From contig NC_087247.1 of the NCBI RefSeq assembly GCF_037042905.1, positions 52,452,001 to 52,516,000 of the forward strand: a stretch of DNA of 64,000 bases, written 5' to 3'. A model generated the notes under the pieces. It searched no databases. It was not told the origin of the DNA and saw nothing but the letters and a program-made list of their open reading frames with translations. Origin of the DNA: Lytechinus pictus (lineage: Eukaryota). Of this stretch, positions 1 to 22,503 are shown piece by piece. Numbering within the stretch: position 1 is the stretch's first letter; every line of letters starts with the position of its first letter. Made by a program: the position numbers and the translations under genes.

Positions 1-455
1 TATTCACTCCATGTGATAAGAGTATGGATTCCAAACTACCTCTTACTCACCCATTAAATAACACTTGACCAACTCAGGTGGGGAAGAGAGTTCCTACTCA
101 CGGTCCCTGAGATGCCTAATAATTGAAGACTTTTTTTCCTATTTGTAACACTGGAATTCCAGAAGGAAAGATTCTTGTCAAGTGGAAAAATTGACCTCTG
201 AATCATATTTTTGGTGAAATACTATCACTTTTTCATTTACTCTTATTTTCTATCTTCTCCCCACTCTCTCTCTCTCACTCTTACTCTCCCCCTCCCTTTA
301 ACCCCTTGCCTCCCCCAGCTTCTTTCTTTCTCTCACGCTCTGATCTTTTATTTAATCATGTTTTTGTTTTATTATTTGTTATTTAAAGATATATTATTTC
401 CCTAGAACTAAGAGCATCAGTTTTTAATCACTAAATTTGTGTCTTTGGGGTTGTT

Positions 456-1182
456 TTTATACCCCGCCAAACGAAGTTTGAAGGGGGTATATAGGAAGCA
501 GTGGGTGAGCGGTCGGTCCGTTGCAAATTTTGCGCATCGAACTACTTCCTCAGTTTTTAACAAATTCTCATGAAACTTGGAACACATATTGGTGTTGGGA
601 TAAAGATGTGCAAGGCACATTTTTGCATGTGTTTGAAATTGTGTTGCCATGGTAATGGTATATTATGGCAAATATATGGTAAAAATCTTGCAGTTCAAAC
701 TGCTTCCTCAATTGATAACCAATTCTCATGAAATTGGCACACACATTGGTCTTGAGGTAAAAATATACAAGACACATATTTTTCGTGTGTCAGAAATCTT
801 GTTGCCTTGGTAATAGCATATTATAATGTGAAAATTGTGTAAAAATCTTGCTGTTTGAATTACTTTATCAGTTTTCAACCAATTCTCATGAAATTTGACG
901 CTAGACATTGGTCTTGAGGTAAAGATGTGCAGGACATATTTTTCCATGTGTCAGAAATGGTGTTGCCATGGTAACAACATATATGTCAAAAATATGCTAA
1001 AATCTTGCGGTATGAACTACTTCATCAGTTTTTAACAAATTCTCATGATATTTACCTCACACATTGGTCTTAGGGTAAAAATAGGCTAGATATATTTTTT
1101 CAATGTGTTGAAAACTGTTGCCATGCTAACAGTGCATGGCAGGGAGTGCACGGCAAGGGTATTAATCACCTTCAGTGATAGT
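456..1182 (+). mobile_element. Non-autonomous Helentron-associated interspersed element (HINE; DINE-1/Tsp/pearl-like) with ~159-bp internal tandem core repeats
   Basis: 5' hairpin tataccccgccaaacgaagtttgaagggggtata, then a (cggt/gtcc)-type short repeat. Four core copies begin caaattctcatgaaa at ~561, 719, 879 and 1036. The 3' end has a subterminal repeat gcaagggtat plus stem-loop atcaccttcagtgat. Flanks are T-rich. Confidence 0.7.
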
Positions 1183-1618
1183 TTTAAATGATTTTGAATG
1201 ATATTGCACAATCAGGAAGTTTGAATGAGCACATGCATCAATAATACATCTGTTATCCTTTGATTCCTGCACCACATGAATATGAATAGATATTTGTGAG
1301 AAAACTGCAAATTCTTTATAATTAAGTGCACAACGAGTAAAAAAGTTGCCCCTATCACTTGTCATAGTTTACTTACCAAATTGTCAATTTGAAAATCACA
1401 TACTCTTGGTGATCTCTCTTTTAAAATTGCTGTAACTTTCCTACTTGTCTGATTTCTTTCAAACTTCTACTATTAGTTTTTTTTAATTACTCTCCCATAC
1501 TCATATTGCACCTTCTCATCCCTGCCTTTATGTGTAAGAGTTTTCAGGATATGTATGTTTAAATTGTATTTTTTTGCTCTTCACTAATGAACTTCTTGTA
1601 TTGTTTCTTAACCTCCAG

Positions 1619-1723
1619 AATGCCAGTATCCTATCTGCAGTACTCACCCTCATCAAAGAGTTGGATAGGGACAGTTTGGAGGTAGTGGCTAATGCCTGCA
1701 AGGATAGATTAGAATCATTATGA
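1619..1723 (+). CDS. Probable last coding exon of an unidentified upstream gene (NASILSAVLTLIKELDRDSLEVVANACKDRLESL*)
   Basis: Branch-like cactaat (~1582), polypyrimidine tract and ctccag acceptor ending at 1618; 35-codon open frame ending in TGA; amphipathic-helix-like peptide; followed by long AT-rich UTR-like sequence. Confidence 0.55.
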   Translation, partial: NASILSAVLTLIKELDRDSLEVVANACKDRLESL

Positions 1724-1981
1724 TCTCATCAAATACTTCCTTACAGTTGCAAAAAGTATTCAAGAAAAACTATGAACCGACTGCCGAGACTACAGAATAT
1801 ATAAACTTGGCACAAAGAGAGCAACAGGGGCTTTCCCAGGCAGGCTCTTGTGGATTTATTTGTGTTTGATGGTTACTTCCCAGAGATTGGTTTGAAGAAA
1901 AGACACCTTGATGAGGAGGAAGAATTGGATCTGATCCAATGGCTGCAGAGACAAGATTCTGCTTCAGAGTAATGGATTCTT

Positions 1982-2299
1982 TGGATTACCATAGAGGTTA
2001 CCGATGCGTGTGGGACTTGATGGAAAGGCTGGTAGCCGTTCCAATGTCCTGCAATTATGGAGTGCACATTGACTTCCTCTAGTATTACAGGCATGATATC
2101 AAGGATTGACATTTGTATCATCCTCTTTAAAGGCAACAGATTTAATGAATGTTTGATGTATGCTGTGGATTACCATAGAGGCTACCGATGCGTGTGGGAC
2201 TTGATGGAAAGTTTGGTAGCCATGCCAAGGATATCGAGGATCGACATTTGTATCATCCTCTTTATAGGCAAAAGATTTAATGAACTGTTTGATGTATGC
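1982..2299 (+). repeat. Imperfect tandem duplication (~185-bp period; second copy has an internal deletion)
   Basis: tggattaccatagagg(t/c)taccgatgcgtgtgggacttgatggaaag at 1982 and 2167; gatatc(a/g)aggat(t/c)gacatttgtatcatcctcttta...gatttaatgaa...tgtttgatgtatgc occurs twice. Confidence 0.85.
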
Positions 2300-4725
2300 A
2301 TCAAACAAAGGCATTGATTTGCCTTTGATCTTGATGGTTGGTGCATATGTACTAAAGTGAATCGGATATTTTCGTCTTGTAGTATTTGCCTGAGAAATCA
2401 ATTTTCTCCTCAGACTGTTCTCTCAAGTCAGATCAAATGTTTCTTTGAGAATTGACCAACCTGCTGCCATTACTAGAAGAAACTTGATTGTCCACCGATC
2501 AGAAATTCTTATGAAATGAAATATCTGTATCACTAAGCCTGTACAGATTTGTTTACTGTATATATCAATGTCCATTGTTTTCATTTAATTGCCAATTTGA
2601 ATGAGAAAGAAAATGCTGCCTTTTGCATATGCTCATTTACATGTTTACCATCTCCTTTAATAGATGGGTGCTGATCCTGACACAGCCACACAAACAAGGG
2701 TTGATCTTATTCTATTTATGTATTCAAAGCTTATTCAATTTTATTTCTTGAAATCACTTCTCTCTTTTTTTGTACTCAGAAGGTAGAAATGTGTAATTGG
2801 GACGAGAATGATAAGACATATATCTCATTTGTATTTTTAAAAAATTTAGTGACTGATATGATTTTTGTTTTATTTAGTTATATATTTTTGTCGTTCTGTC
2901 AGCATTGATTTCTCTGTGAGTTCATTCTTTGTTATGTATTCAATTCATCTAGGTAAAAGAAAACATTTATTTATTCCCTTGGAGAGAGCAGGCTAATAAT
3001 AATAGTACATGTAAAAGTTTTTCTGTCATCATTTAAGTTGTTTTCTTCAGAATAATTATGTGTTGAGTAATTGTCATACATTTAAAGAAAATCATTAATT
3101 TATCAATTTTCCCTCTTCATAATGAATTATTTCATTTTTAACATACATGATAATCCGCATAAATTATTACATGTGTGTCATTAGACTTGCTTTCATGAAA
3201 TTAACAAATTCCATGTAAAGTTTGTGACATGTGATATGATGTTACTTTCTCATTGCACTACAAGTCAGCAAAATAAAAAAAGAGGTTGCAATCATTTTGT
3301 ACATGAAAATGCCATTATTATTGAAGGTATGTTCAGGTGTTGGTGTGACATACATATAAATGACATCACAAGAGGGGGTGGGTAAACATTTTATTTATTC
3401 AATCTTTGAATGCGTAATGTAGTTTTGTTCATAAGGCATTTAAGAAAAGTCCACATTATAATCAGGTTGGTTTTAAGAAAGGCAGAAGATAAGAGGAAAT
3501 CTACCAAGGAAGTTTGATGACGATCCATCTTAAGAGAATGAGAATATTTGTACTATTTTTCTTTATTATTATTATTATTGTTACTTCATTTGGGAGCTGC
3601 TCATCCATGTATTGTATTATACTTTCTAGATGTTTTGATACATGAAGATATTTTTATATTGGAATGTGGGAGAACTTGTCAAAGGAGCCTGCAATATCAT
3701 CCTTCACTGACGTCTTCGTCACACCTATCTCAAATATCGAGAAAGAAAAGGAATGCATAGCATTCTGCATTCCTGTTAGTTGTAAATTGTGAGGGGATGG
3801 TATTAGTCTATGGTCACGTTGCTACATTATTTTCAAAGTTTTTAATGATATTCCTATTTTATCTAACTTAACGATCCTTTAATCATTCTCATTTTTTGTG
3901 CTTCTGTTGGACCTAATTTAATTTCAAGGTGGAATAAAACTTAAGACAACATCAAAACCAATTCAAAATGGATTGAAGAACCTAGTCTATAACTGTTTCT
4001 CAAATTGAACACCCCTCCCCCTTCTACTCCTTAAATTAAAATATTCTTATCTTCAATTTTTTATCCTTTGACTTAATCATGTCACTTTGAGATAAAAGAA
4101 GAGAAGCAAGGTATACAGGTGCCCGAAAGCAGTATGTCCCTCTTTGTTAACCTATCAGTGTATAGTTTGGCATGATAGAGGGTGCTATTTAAGATTAACC
4201 ATCAATCACCACTCAGTTGTTAATAATTCTTGGTAGTTGCATAAATCCTTTCCACATGCACAGGCTGATTCTGTCTGAGATAGCACTATGAGTGTACCTT
4301 TGAATATAACTATATTTGCTTTTAGGTCATTTTAAATGCAAAGTGAACATTTGACCATACTACATAAGTACATGTTAAGTACTACAAGAACTAAGTTTTT
4401 CTAAAGAATCCTAATGTTCTGATTTCAGAATGAGGAAATGCTCAAGTATAATTTCAAAAGTTGAATCTTAAAGGGGGAGCAAACTGACATTTATGGTCTC
4501 TCATTGAGTGTATGTTATAAATAGCTAGGCTTAAATATAACATTTGAGCTAAATTATTAAAACTACAGAGAATAAATTTACATATAGTTTTATTTGAGGG
4601 AAACTAAAATGTCGAGAGAGAAAAACTGAACTTGGTAATATAATCTTTGTAGGATAAATGTATTGAATAGTAAAATTATTATTCAAGAGGGCCTATATGA
4701 CAAGAGTACACTGCTCATAATGTTG

Positions 4726-6137
4726 CATTAAGGTTTGGTAACCCGACTAGATTGGAGTGAAAGACTTAAGGTGGTGCCATTAAGGTTTGGTAACCCGACT
4801 AGATCGGAGTGAAAGACTTAGGGTGGTGCCATTAAGGTTTGGTAACCCGACTAGATCGGAGTGAAAGACTTAGGGTGGTGCCATTAAGGTTTGGTAACCC
4901 GACTAGATCGGAGTGAAAGACTTAAGGTGGTGCCATTAAGGTTTGGTAACCCGACTAGATCGGAGTGAAAGACTTAAGGTGGTGCCATTAAGGTTTGGTA
5001 ACCCGACTAGATCGGAGTGAAAGACTTAAGGTGGTGCCATTAAGGTTTGGTAACCCGACTAGATCGGAGTGAAAGACTTAAGGTGGTGCCATTAAGGTTT
5101 GGTAACCCGACTAGATCGGAGTGAAAGACTTAAGGTGGTGCCATTAAGGTTTGGTAACCCGACTAGATCGGAGTGAAAGACTTAAGGTGGTGCCATTAAG
5201 GTTTGGTAACCCGACTAGATCGGAGTGAAAGACTTAAGGTGGTGCCATTAAGGTTTGGTAACCCGACTAGATCGGAGTGAAAGACTTAAGGTGGTGCCAT
5301 TAAGGTTTGGTAACCCGACTAGATCGGAGTGAAAGACTTAAGGTGGTGCCATTAAGGTTTGGTAACCCGACTAGATCGGAGTGAAAGACTTAAGGTGGTG
5401 CCATTAAGGTTTGGTAACCCGACTAGATCGGAGTGAAATACTTAAGGTGGTGCCATTAAGGTTTGGTAACCCGACTAGATCGGAGTGAAAGACTTAAGGT
5501 GGTGCCATTAAGGTTTGGTAACCCTACTAGATCGGAGTGAAAGACTTAAGGTGGTGCCATTAAGGTTTGGTAACCCGACTAGATCGGAGTGAAAGACTTA
5601 AGGTGGTGCCATTAAGGTTTGGTATCCCGACTAGATCGGAGTGAAAGACTTAAGGTGGTGCTATTAAGGTTTGGTAACCCAACTAGATCGGAGTGAAAGA
5701 CTTAAGGTGGTGCTATTAAGGTTTGGTAACCCAACTAGATCGGAGTGAAAGACTTAAGGTGGTGCCATTAAGGTTTGGTAACCCGACTAGATCGGAGTGA
5801 AAGACTTAAGGTGGTGCTAATAAGGTTTGGTAACCCGACTAGATCGGAGTGAAAGACTTAGGGTGGTGCCATTAAGGTTTGGTAACCCGACTAGATCGGA
5901 GTGAAAGACTTAGGGTGGTGCCATTAAGGTTTGGTAACCCGACTAGATCGGAGTGAAAGACTTAAGGTGGTGCCATTAAGGTTTGGTAACCCGACTAGAT
6001 CGGAGTGAAAGACTTAAGGTGGTGCCATTAAGGTTTGGTAACCCGACTAGATCGGAGTGAAAGACTTAAGGTGGTGCCATTAAGGTTTGGTAACCCGACT
6101 AGATCGGAGTGAAAGACTTAGGGTGGTGCCATTAAGG
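4726..6137. repeat. 52-bp minisatellite, ~27 near-identical copies
   Basis: Unit ccattaaggtttggtaacccgactagatcggagtgaaagacttaaggtggtg, head-to-tail with no spacers; only scattered point variants. Confidence 0.97.
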
Positions 6138-7576
6138 CTGCTGGATTGGATGTCCTTTAAACTCTTCAACTTTTGGTTGCCCAACAAAAAAAGTAAGGAA
6201 ACATTTTACTCTTTCAGGCATTATCCCTTGCAACTACACTTAGTCACACATTCAGTCTGCTTTAATACTGGGTGTTATCAGGTTTTTCAATACATATTAC
6301 TTTTCCAGATACATGTAGTGTATAAATTCCATTTCATCTAAAAGTTTGGGTATTGTTGATTATGAGCAGTGTATACTTCTCATCCTATCAGCATCTTTTA
6401 CTTCCTTTTGAAAGGTTTTTCTTACATTTTATTACATCAGAACTGCATAATGAAAAGCTAAAGTGAAAGTGTAATGATCAAGTTTACGATAAAGGGTATT
6501 TAAAGGCCCGATCTCCCTTTACATTTAAGATCTCATTCGCTTTAATTCAATTGTGAACTTATTGTACATTTATGATGTGCATCATTTGAATTGTTCTGAT
6601 AGTGGCTGCTTGTGTAGTGCACAAGTCTGCCATTTGGCATGTATCATGCCATGTATTGATGTATGCATTCATATATATCTGATATCACAGATTAATAGCA
6701 ACTGAATACAAAAGGTATAGCATTTTGTGGACATTGCTGTGTACTATACTATTGCTCATGGCCAATTATATACATGTAAAGGCTTGTGTTGTATATACAT
6801 GTTTATATTGTCTTGTAAATATAAATAAAATAATGATGTAGATACATCTGGTGAAGGATGTTGTTACTTGTGTACTGTCTGCATCATATGAATTTAAAGA
6901 AATACAAGATATTAAAAAATAACTTTGTACAGGTGGAAACATATCTCCCATGTGTTAAGTTGCAGTTCTTATGTTTGACCGTATACTTTATTCAAATTTG
7001 TACTTTAAATTGCAATGGAAGTCTCTCTTGTAATTAATGCAAAACTCTTATTGACAGCAAGACTAGTTTAATGGAAGGGGACTTGAAAGTGTGGCCGTGA
7101 AGTGCACACATAACATTTTTTCATGTTAATTATGTCATAAAGAAGTGAATGGGATGTCCCTATAGGAATATTTAAATAATTTTGGATTTTAAATAAAAAA
7201 TACAGTCAAAGTCAAACACAAATTGTCTATATGTAAGTACCATCACATAGCCTGTCAATTTCACCCAAAGTATGAGTTTGCCTATCATGGGTGAATCTGC
7301 CTTTTGAAGTCAAATAAATGTCAAGGGACCAAAGAAATCTCTTCATCGTAGAAGAGGTTAATAGGGTATGTTTTACATAAGAAAGCTTCCATGTAGGTGG
7401 TTAGTTGACTTGGAGAAGGTTGAAGACTCAACTGTAGGCAGTTCATATAATCAGGAAATGAGAAAAGAGTGGGGTCAGCTGCTTTCCTTTGACCCCATGC
7501 TCTTAGCTGCCAATAACTTAATCTGCAGGTGGTGATATAATGAAATGCACCAAAATGGGTGTTTAAAACTCCAACT

Positions 7577-7719
7577 GGGGAGCGTTTCATGAAAGGACTT
7601 GTCGGACGGTCGTTTTATCTGACAATTAGCATAGTAACAAGGATACTTGGCCCATCAAAATCAGGGAAAGTTGTCAGATCTGACAACTTGTTGGACAGAA
7701 ATGTAGATGAAACGCTCCC
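7577..7719. mobile_element. Short MITE with terminal inverted repeats
   Basis: gggagcgtttcat ... atgaaacgctccc termini; a related degenerate copy lies near 50409-50530. Confidence 0.6.
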
Positions 7720-9431
7720 AAGAAAATAATATTATGGCAACTGTTCACTGTCCCTTTTAATGATTTCTAATCAAAAGTCAAATGTTCAATTTGTTCCATG
7801 TGCAAATGCACACTTTTTGAATTTCATATTATTTTCAACTGCAAAAATGTGCATAAACATATCAAGCAATGTACTTTATATCAAAGATTATTAGTCCTGG
7901 ATTACATGATGGGACATTAAAATGTGTGCAAATGATTGGAACATAATTGGCATACTCAATATTGAATTTTTGTTAGGATCCAATTTTCCTTTAATTGACT
8001 CTAGTACACAAAATTATGAGATTGGCATATTGCTAAATTTGAGAAACTTTTTGATGTCCTATTTCTAACATCGTCATCATCCTGCAATTTAACTAATGTT
8101 TGATAAATTTGAAACTTGAATGAATTTTTAAAATTTGACACTGGACTTCTGGAAAATCTCGGACTGGATTATTTTCAAAGGTGATGTAGCCAACCACTTA
8201 CTAATGATGTTTTATTACAAGAATTTTGTTAACAATTAAAAACCAATGAGACAAACTCTGTGTATATAGCAAAGGCATGTCATATGATTAGAGCTTGTAT
8301 TTGGCTAATACAACTGACATGACTGAACAGGTATGTTGCATGTCGACCAGAGTCAACAGAAGCAAGCCGGGGTTGATGGTTAAGCTGTAAAATAATCAGA
8401 TATTAGATCCAGTCAAATAAATGAAATAACCTACTTCTACAACATTTCTGACTTTCTACACAAACTGTTGCTATGCTTGATGTGTCATCTCTTTACAAGC
8501 CATTATTACACACTAGAGTAGTTTTAGTCGAGACTGTAAGGGGTCCTCATTTAACTCTGTTCATACTTCATAATCTATCTGTAACACTATTCATAATAAT
8601 TCAGACTGCTGCTTTCATTGTGCCCATTTCCTTCAGTTTGGTGCAAGTCCAGTCAAAAGAAGTCAGTGTTCACTCAAGCATGAACTTTCTTATGGTGTCA
8701 TCTGATAGAGATGACTTTAGAGTATCAATATAGATCAATTCCTCCATATGTTTAATGATGCATTTAGTTTCAATATGATTGTTTTTCCTTCCTTTCTTTC
8801 TTTCTTTCTTTCTCTCTTTCTTTCATACTACCTTTTAGAGTGCTAAGAGACCTAAATGTACTTTGTGCTATATAAAAATTGAGTATTATTAATATTATTA
8901 TCATTATTTAGAACATAATTTTGACAGATTATCAAAAAATGTACGTTTTATTCTTTTTAATACTGTATTTGTCTGCAAGAATTAACAAGAAATTGAAACT
9001 ATCTTACAATATATTTCATGTAAAATACATTTTCTGAGAATGCCATAATGTTTCGGAGTTTATCAAGTGAGATGAGAAAAACTATGCTTAGATCCCATTG
9101 GGAGCTAGTGCAAATTTAACAAAGACAAGCCAAAGACACATATTTTAAATCTTTAATCATCTTTATTAGTATTTTCCTTTCCAGTGCAAGCAAACATTTT
9201 CATGAAAAGAGATATCAGGAATAACATCTGTAGGGTATGTTATCTTTGATAGATTGTATTGGAATATTGTGAACTTTTTTATGTTTATTGTATTGTATTA
9301 TGTATATGAAATTACTATTTTCTGTTTATTTTTGTTTGGATATAATGTATATATAATCAAAGGCAAACATATTGCTATGAGTTGATGGCTAGATGTCAAG
9401 AAAACCTTGGTGAATACATCCTTAGAGATGA

Positions 9432-18228
<8,797 letters not shown>

Positions 18229-19784
18229 TCTTTTCTTTGGTCCTGTAAATTAAAAAAAGAAGAAAATTTAAAGTTTTTCTGCACCATCTTTGAATATTCT
18301 GTTCATTTTCAGTAACATTTTGTGTAGCATCAAAAGGCTATGTTCAAGACCTCTTCTACAACTTACGGAGGCTTCTTGGACGTCATGGGGATTGTTTTTT
18401 GTAACTATTGGTTAAATTTGATACATTTCCTTTTCACAAGCTCACTTTATGTGTTATTCGTTACATCTAAAATTATCTATGCTCCAATAAATCAATACGA
18501 AATGATAAGGATATAAAATTGAGATATTTGATTTGATACAACAGTAGAATTGAGCTGATGACATCATTGGTTTATTTATTTTTCAGCTCTTTGATATGAC
18601 TTTCTTTATTTTTTTTGTAATCCTTACTTTTATTCAATTTTGTGTTTTTAGCAAGTTCTTTCACTTGTTTGATGTAATTTCTTTGTTTATTTCTCTAAAA
18701 ACAAAATGCAAGGAAACGAAGCGAGAAAGCCCCCAATCCCATAAGGTAAATATAACATGTTTCAGCAAGATATTCGGAGAAGAGATACGAGGAAAATTAA
18801 TGAACTACCCCAAACTATAATAATTTTAATCCCAAAGCACGCAAGTTTTAAGTATTAGGTGGTAGATATAATATTCGCAATAGGTTACACATTAAAATAC
18901 TCTCTTTTTTATCTAGATGACGATGTATACACAATGATTCGTCCAAAAAATATACATATCATGCACTTGTTCTCTGAAGTAATCGTCATATACCAATCCA
19001 GTAATTTTCAGTGGATTATTTCTCAATAATTAATTCGATCTCAGTTGATTTCAGACAATAATGTATTTTACGTGACTTAAAAGGGAGTGAATGCTTTTTG
19101 GCTTCTAAGTACTTCTAATCTCCTGGAGTTGTCAGTCTCATAAAAGAATACATCAACAATTATTCCAAAATAAAGAAGTAAAAATTGACCTCTTAGGCCA
19201 AATTAAAGAAAATAGATTAATCTTCTTTTCAGATCAATATCTAAATGAATACAGAATTGGAATACTGATAAAGATATTTGCCTAAAGTAGCCCCGGTGGT
19301 AGATTTAAATTACTAAGACATGGAAACAAGCCCATCAAGTAAACGATCAAGTCCACCCTAAAAACAATTTTATTTAAAGAAACTACATTTAAAAAATCAT
19401 AAAATATCAAATAAGTAGACTATATGACTTTGGAAAGTTTTGCATGCTTCACAAAACACTAAATGTATGCATTTTCAGTCAGCGAATGAAGAAGCCAATG
19501 AGGTTCACAAACTCACATTATATTTATATGACTTTTATTTATACAATTTCTATGATAAAAAGGAATTCCACAAATCACACAAAAAATGTATGCTAATTAT
19601 AATATTCATGTTCCATCGGTAATCACACCAAGTTTGACATTAATAAAGCGAAAACATAAAATATGTAATATTTCATAATATAAAATACACAGGAAATGAT
19701 GAGTGTGAGTTAATGGATCCCTCAAATATGGCTTTAAAATGTCCGATTTTTCTACAATGCTTGTTTGAATTTGTTTACTAATTA

Positions 19785-21268
19785 CAGTGCGTATCAATCA
19801 AGGGGATGTTTTCAAATATATTCTTGGGTTCGGGTCTCTTCTATCACGTTACACTTGAGTACTGGTTAGCACTGTCCATTTTTTTTAAGTTCGTAGAAAT
19901 CAAATTGCGCAGAAAATGCTCATTTTCACGCTGTGTCAAGGGAAAAAGGCGAAAACAAACTGACCGTACGGTATTTCTTTTGCATTTTTAGCAAATTGAA
20001 TAAAACAGATACATTTAAACATTTTGTAACAACTTTGCCACCAAATTAACATTTTAACTCAAAGTAAGCACAATCTTTATCTTTTTTGTGCCAGCTGGAT
20101 GTGAGGACATAAATGAATTGAAACAAAAGTTATTTAAAGGACAATCCCACCCCCAAAAAAAAGTTAATTTGAATAAAAGTAGAAAATCCAACAAGCATAA
20201 CACTGAAAATTTCATCAAAATCGGATGTAAAATAAGAAAGTTATGACATTTTAAAGTTTCGCTTGTTATATGCAAATGAGCAGACTGATGACATAATCCA
20301 CTCACTGTTTCTTTTGTATTTTATGATATGAAATATGAAAAAAATCATTTTTTTCCCCTCATTGTCATGTGAAACGGAATTTTATTCCTCCCAGAATATG
20401 TTGAATTACTATTATTCTAACACTTTATGGTAAAGTCAAGTTGGTCCTCAATGTCAAATCTGTAAAAATGTATAATTGTATAATTTAAACAATAAAAACA
20501 AAAGAAATAGTGAGGGATGTCATCGACTCTCTCATTATTTTGCATATCACCGAGTTGTGCATAACTGTTTTCTGAAAAATAAGCGAAAATTAAAAATGTC
20601 ATAACTTTCTTATTGACATCCGATTTTGATTTGTTTGATTTTCCTCTATATCGATTCGAATCAACAATTTTCTGGGCTTGACTTGATCTTGAAGACATCC
20701 CCAATATTATTTCTTTAAGTTTTGATAATATAAAGTGAGACCACATTTCACATTTCATTTGATACTTGTTTCTCCACACTTTTCCCAAGCGTGACAATGA
20801 TTAACAAAACGAAAATCAAGCCTAATTAAGCCATTTTATGTGAATCACAGCTCCGTGTATAAGCAGATATCATCACGATGGCCTCTGAGTATAAATGGAG
20901 AGGAGAGTGGGAGGGGGGTGATGCTCTATGAAGTGTTTTGGTCAAGAAACAGGTTTAAAAGCTAAAAGATATCTTCAAATCAATCTTCCGAGCTAAAGTC
21001 CACGACGTCTTCTTCATGATTGATGTATACTTTTATTCATATAACTATTTCCAAATTCTGCGCAAATCACTTTTTACACAATTTTCAAAAGTAAGACAGT
21101 GGTGCTCACTCAAGCGGAAAGATTAAAATCTTAATAATTTTTAATCTTAATCATTTTTAATCTTACTTAATCATTTTCTTCAATGATTAAATGTGGAAAA
21201 AACTTCAGGATGTTACACAAAATTTTACATTATCATTTCTAAGTGTAAACTTCTTTTGATACGCAAAG
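19785..21268. mobile_element. Non-autonomous Tc1/mariner-type element interrupted by a nested TTAA MITE
   Basis: ta|cagtgcgtatcaa ... ttgatacgcaaag|ta imperfect TIRs with TA flanks; Kolobok-like MITE inserted at 20134-20693. Confidence 0.6.
20134..20693. mobile_element. TTAA-type foldback MITE nested in the Tc1-like element
   Basis: ttaaaggacaatcccacccc start; same family as 15723-16306, in opposite orientation. Confidence 0.8.
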
Positions 21269-21650
21269 TATTAACTTATTATACTGGGGTGAACTTGCCA
21301 TATAAACACTTTCGTTTCTTGCTACAATATATAATATCCAAATATCATCTAAATTATAGAATTTTACTGGACTCTACATTGTATCTTACTTCATAGCAGA
21401 TATATGCAAGAGAACAATTTAATTCCTGTGTTTTCTTAAGTTCAGTAACGTTAACATGCACGGTTTAATAATTCAATTTTGGTTATCTAATGAGAATTAA
21501 TTTATTAAGTGCTATGAATCTAATATGGGTTCGTATTCCCATGACAATTAGATTGTGAAATGATATCGATATAAAAAGTGAAGATGATTCCTTTCATGTT
21601 GTAAGTATTTTGTTTAAAATAATAAAGAACCGAATATACCAGCGACTCAC

Positions 21651-21750
21651 CTGAACTATAAGAAGAGCTATCAACAACTGATGAGAGCAAAGTGAAGACT
21701 CGTACTAATCTTCTTCCAGAGATATACTGTATTCTTGGCAAATATTAATA
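21651..21750 (-). other. Possible non-coding first (5' UTR) exon of the amylase gene
   Basis: Strong minus-strand donor CAG|gtgagt at 21651/21650. The first coding exon has an acceptor (tttacag ending at 18243) just upstream of the ATG, so an upstream exon is expected. The 5' boundary is uncertain. Confidence 0.45.
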
Positions 21751-22503
21751 ACACCAGCTGATAGGATTCCCAGTAATCATGTTGTGAGTACAGAGGGTAG
21801 TGGTCCCCCCCCCCGGAAAAATTAGAATGTCAACGACAATATCTTAAAAAATAAATAAATAAGGAAACATACAAACCTACTGTAGATAAAATTGGCTAGA
21901 TTAGGAAGATGGGCATTACTTTTGTTAATAAATATTTAAAAAAATTAATATAATCGATTTTATTGACATGCTAACTATACCGTCTCGAGACCCCAACCTC
22001 CAGAAATAAGGGTTACACTGGTGGCAAGAATTCTTCCTTTCGATTGACAACGGGGATGTAATCGAATCATATTAATTAACCAATCATATGAATTAAACAG
22101 CGAATGACAAATTATTGATTAACCAATCATGATGCTACCGTTGCAGCCCTGCAAAGAATTAGGCCTATGTGCATAATTATGAAGAGATTCGGGAGGGGAC
22201 CGAAGCGGACACACCCCTTATTGGCAGCGCAAAATAGAATAAGGGGAAATAAGAGAGAAAGCCAAGGATGAGATCAAGAGGAGAAGGAGAAGAAAGAAGA
22301 AGAATGTGGCAGAGTTAAACCATGTATAAACTATACAACCAATTGAGAATATTAGCGTATATTTTCACTCTAAAGATTAACCCTAAAGGAAAATTATTTC
22401 ATTAAAAAAAATGAAGTCATGCTTATTATCATTTTGATCTTTAAAAATAAATCTCAACATGCATTTATGTCGTTCTCTACATTTCTCAAAATTCAAACTA
22501 ATT

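Noticed and set aside
4726-6137. CRISPR-like array
   Set aside because: Units are contiguous with no unique spacers, there are no cas genes, and the context is eukaryotic.
8473-8760. Possible decayed coding sequence
   Set aside because: No recognisable motif or supported splice structure on either strand.
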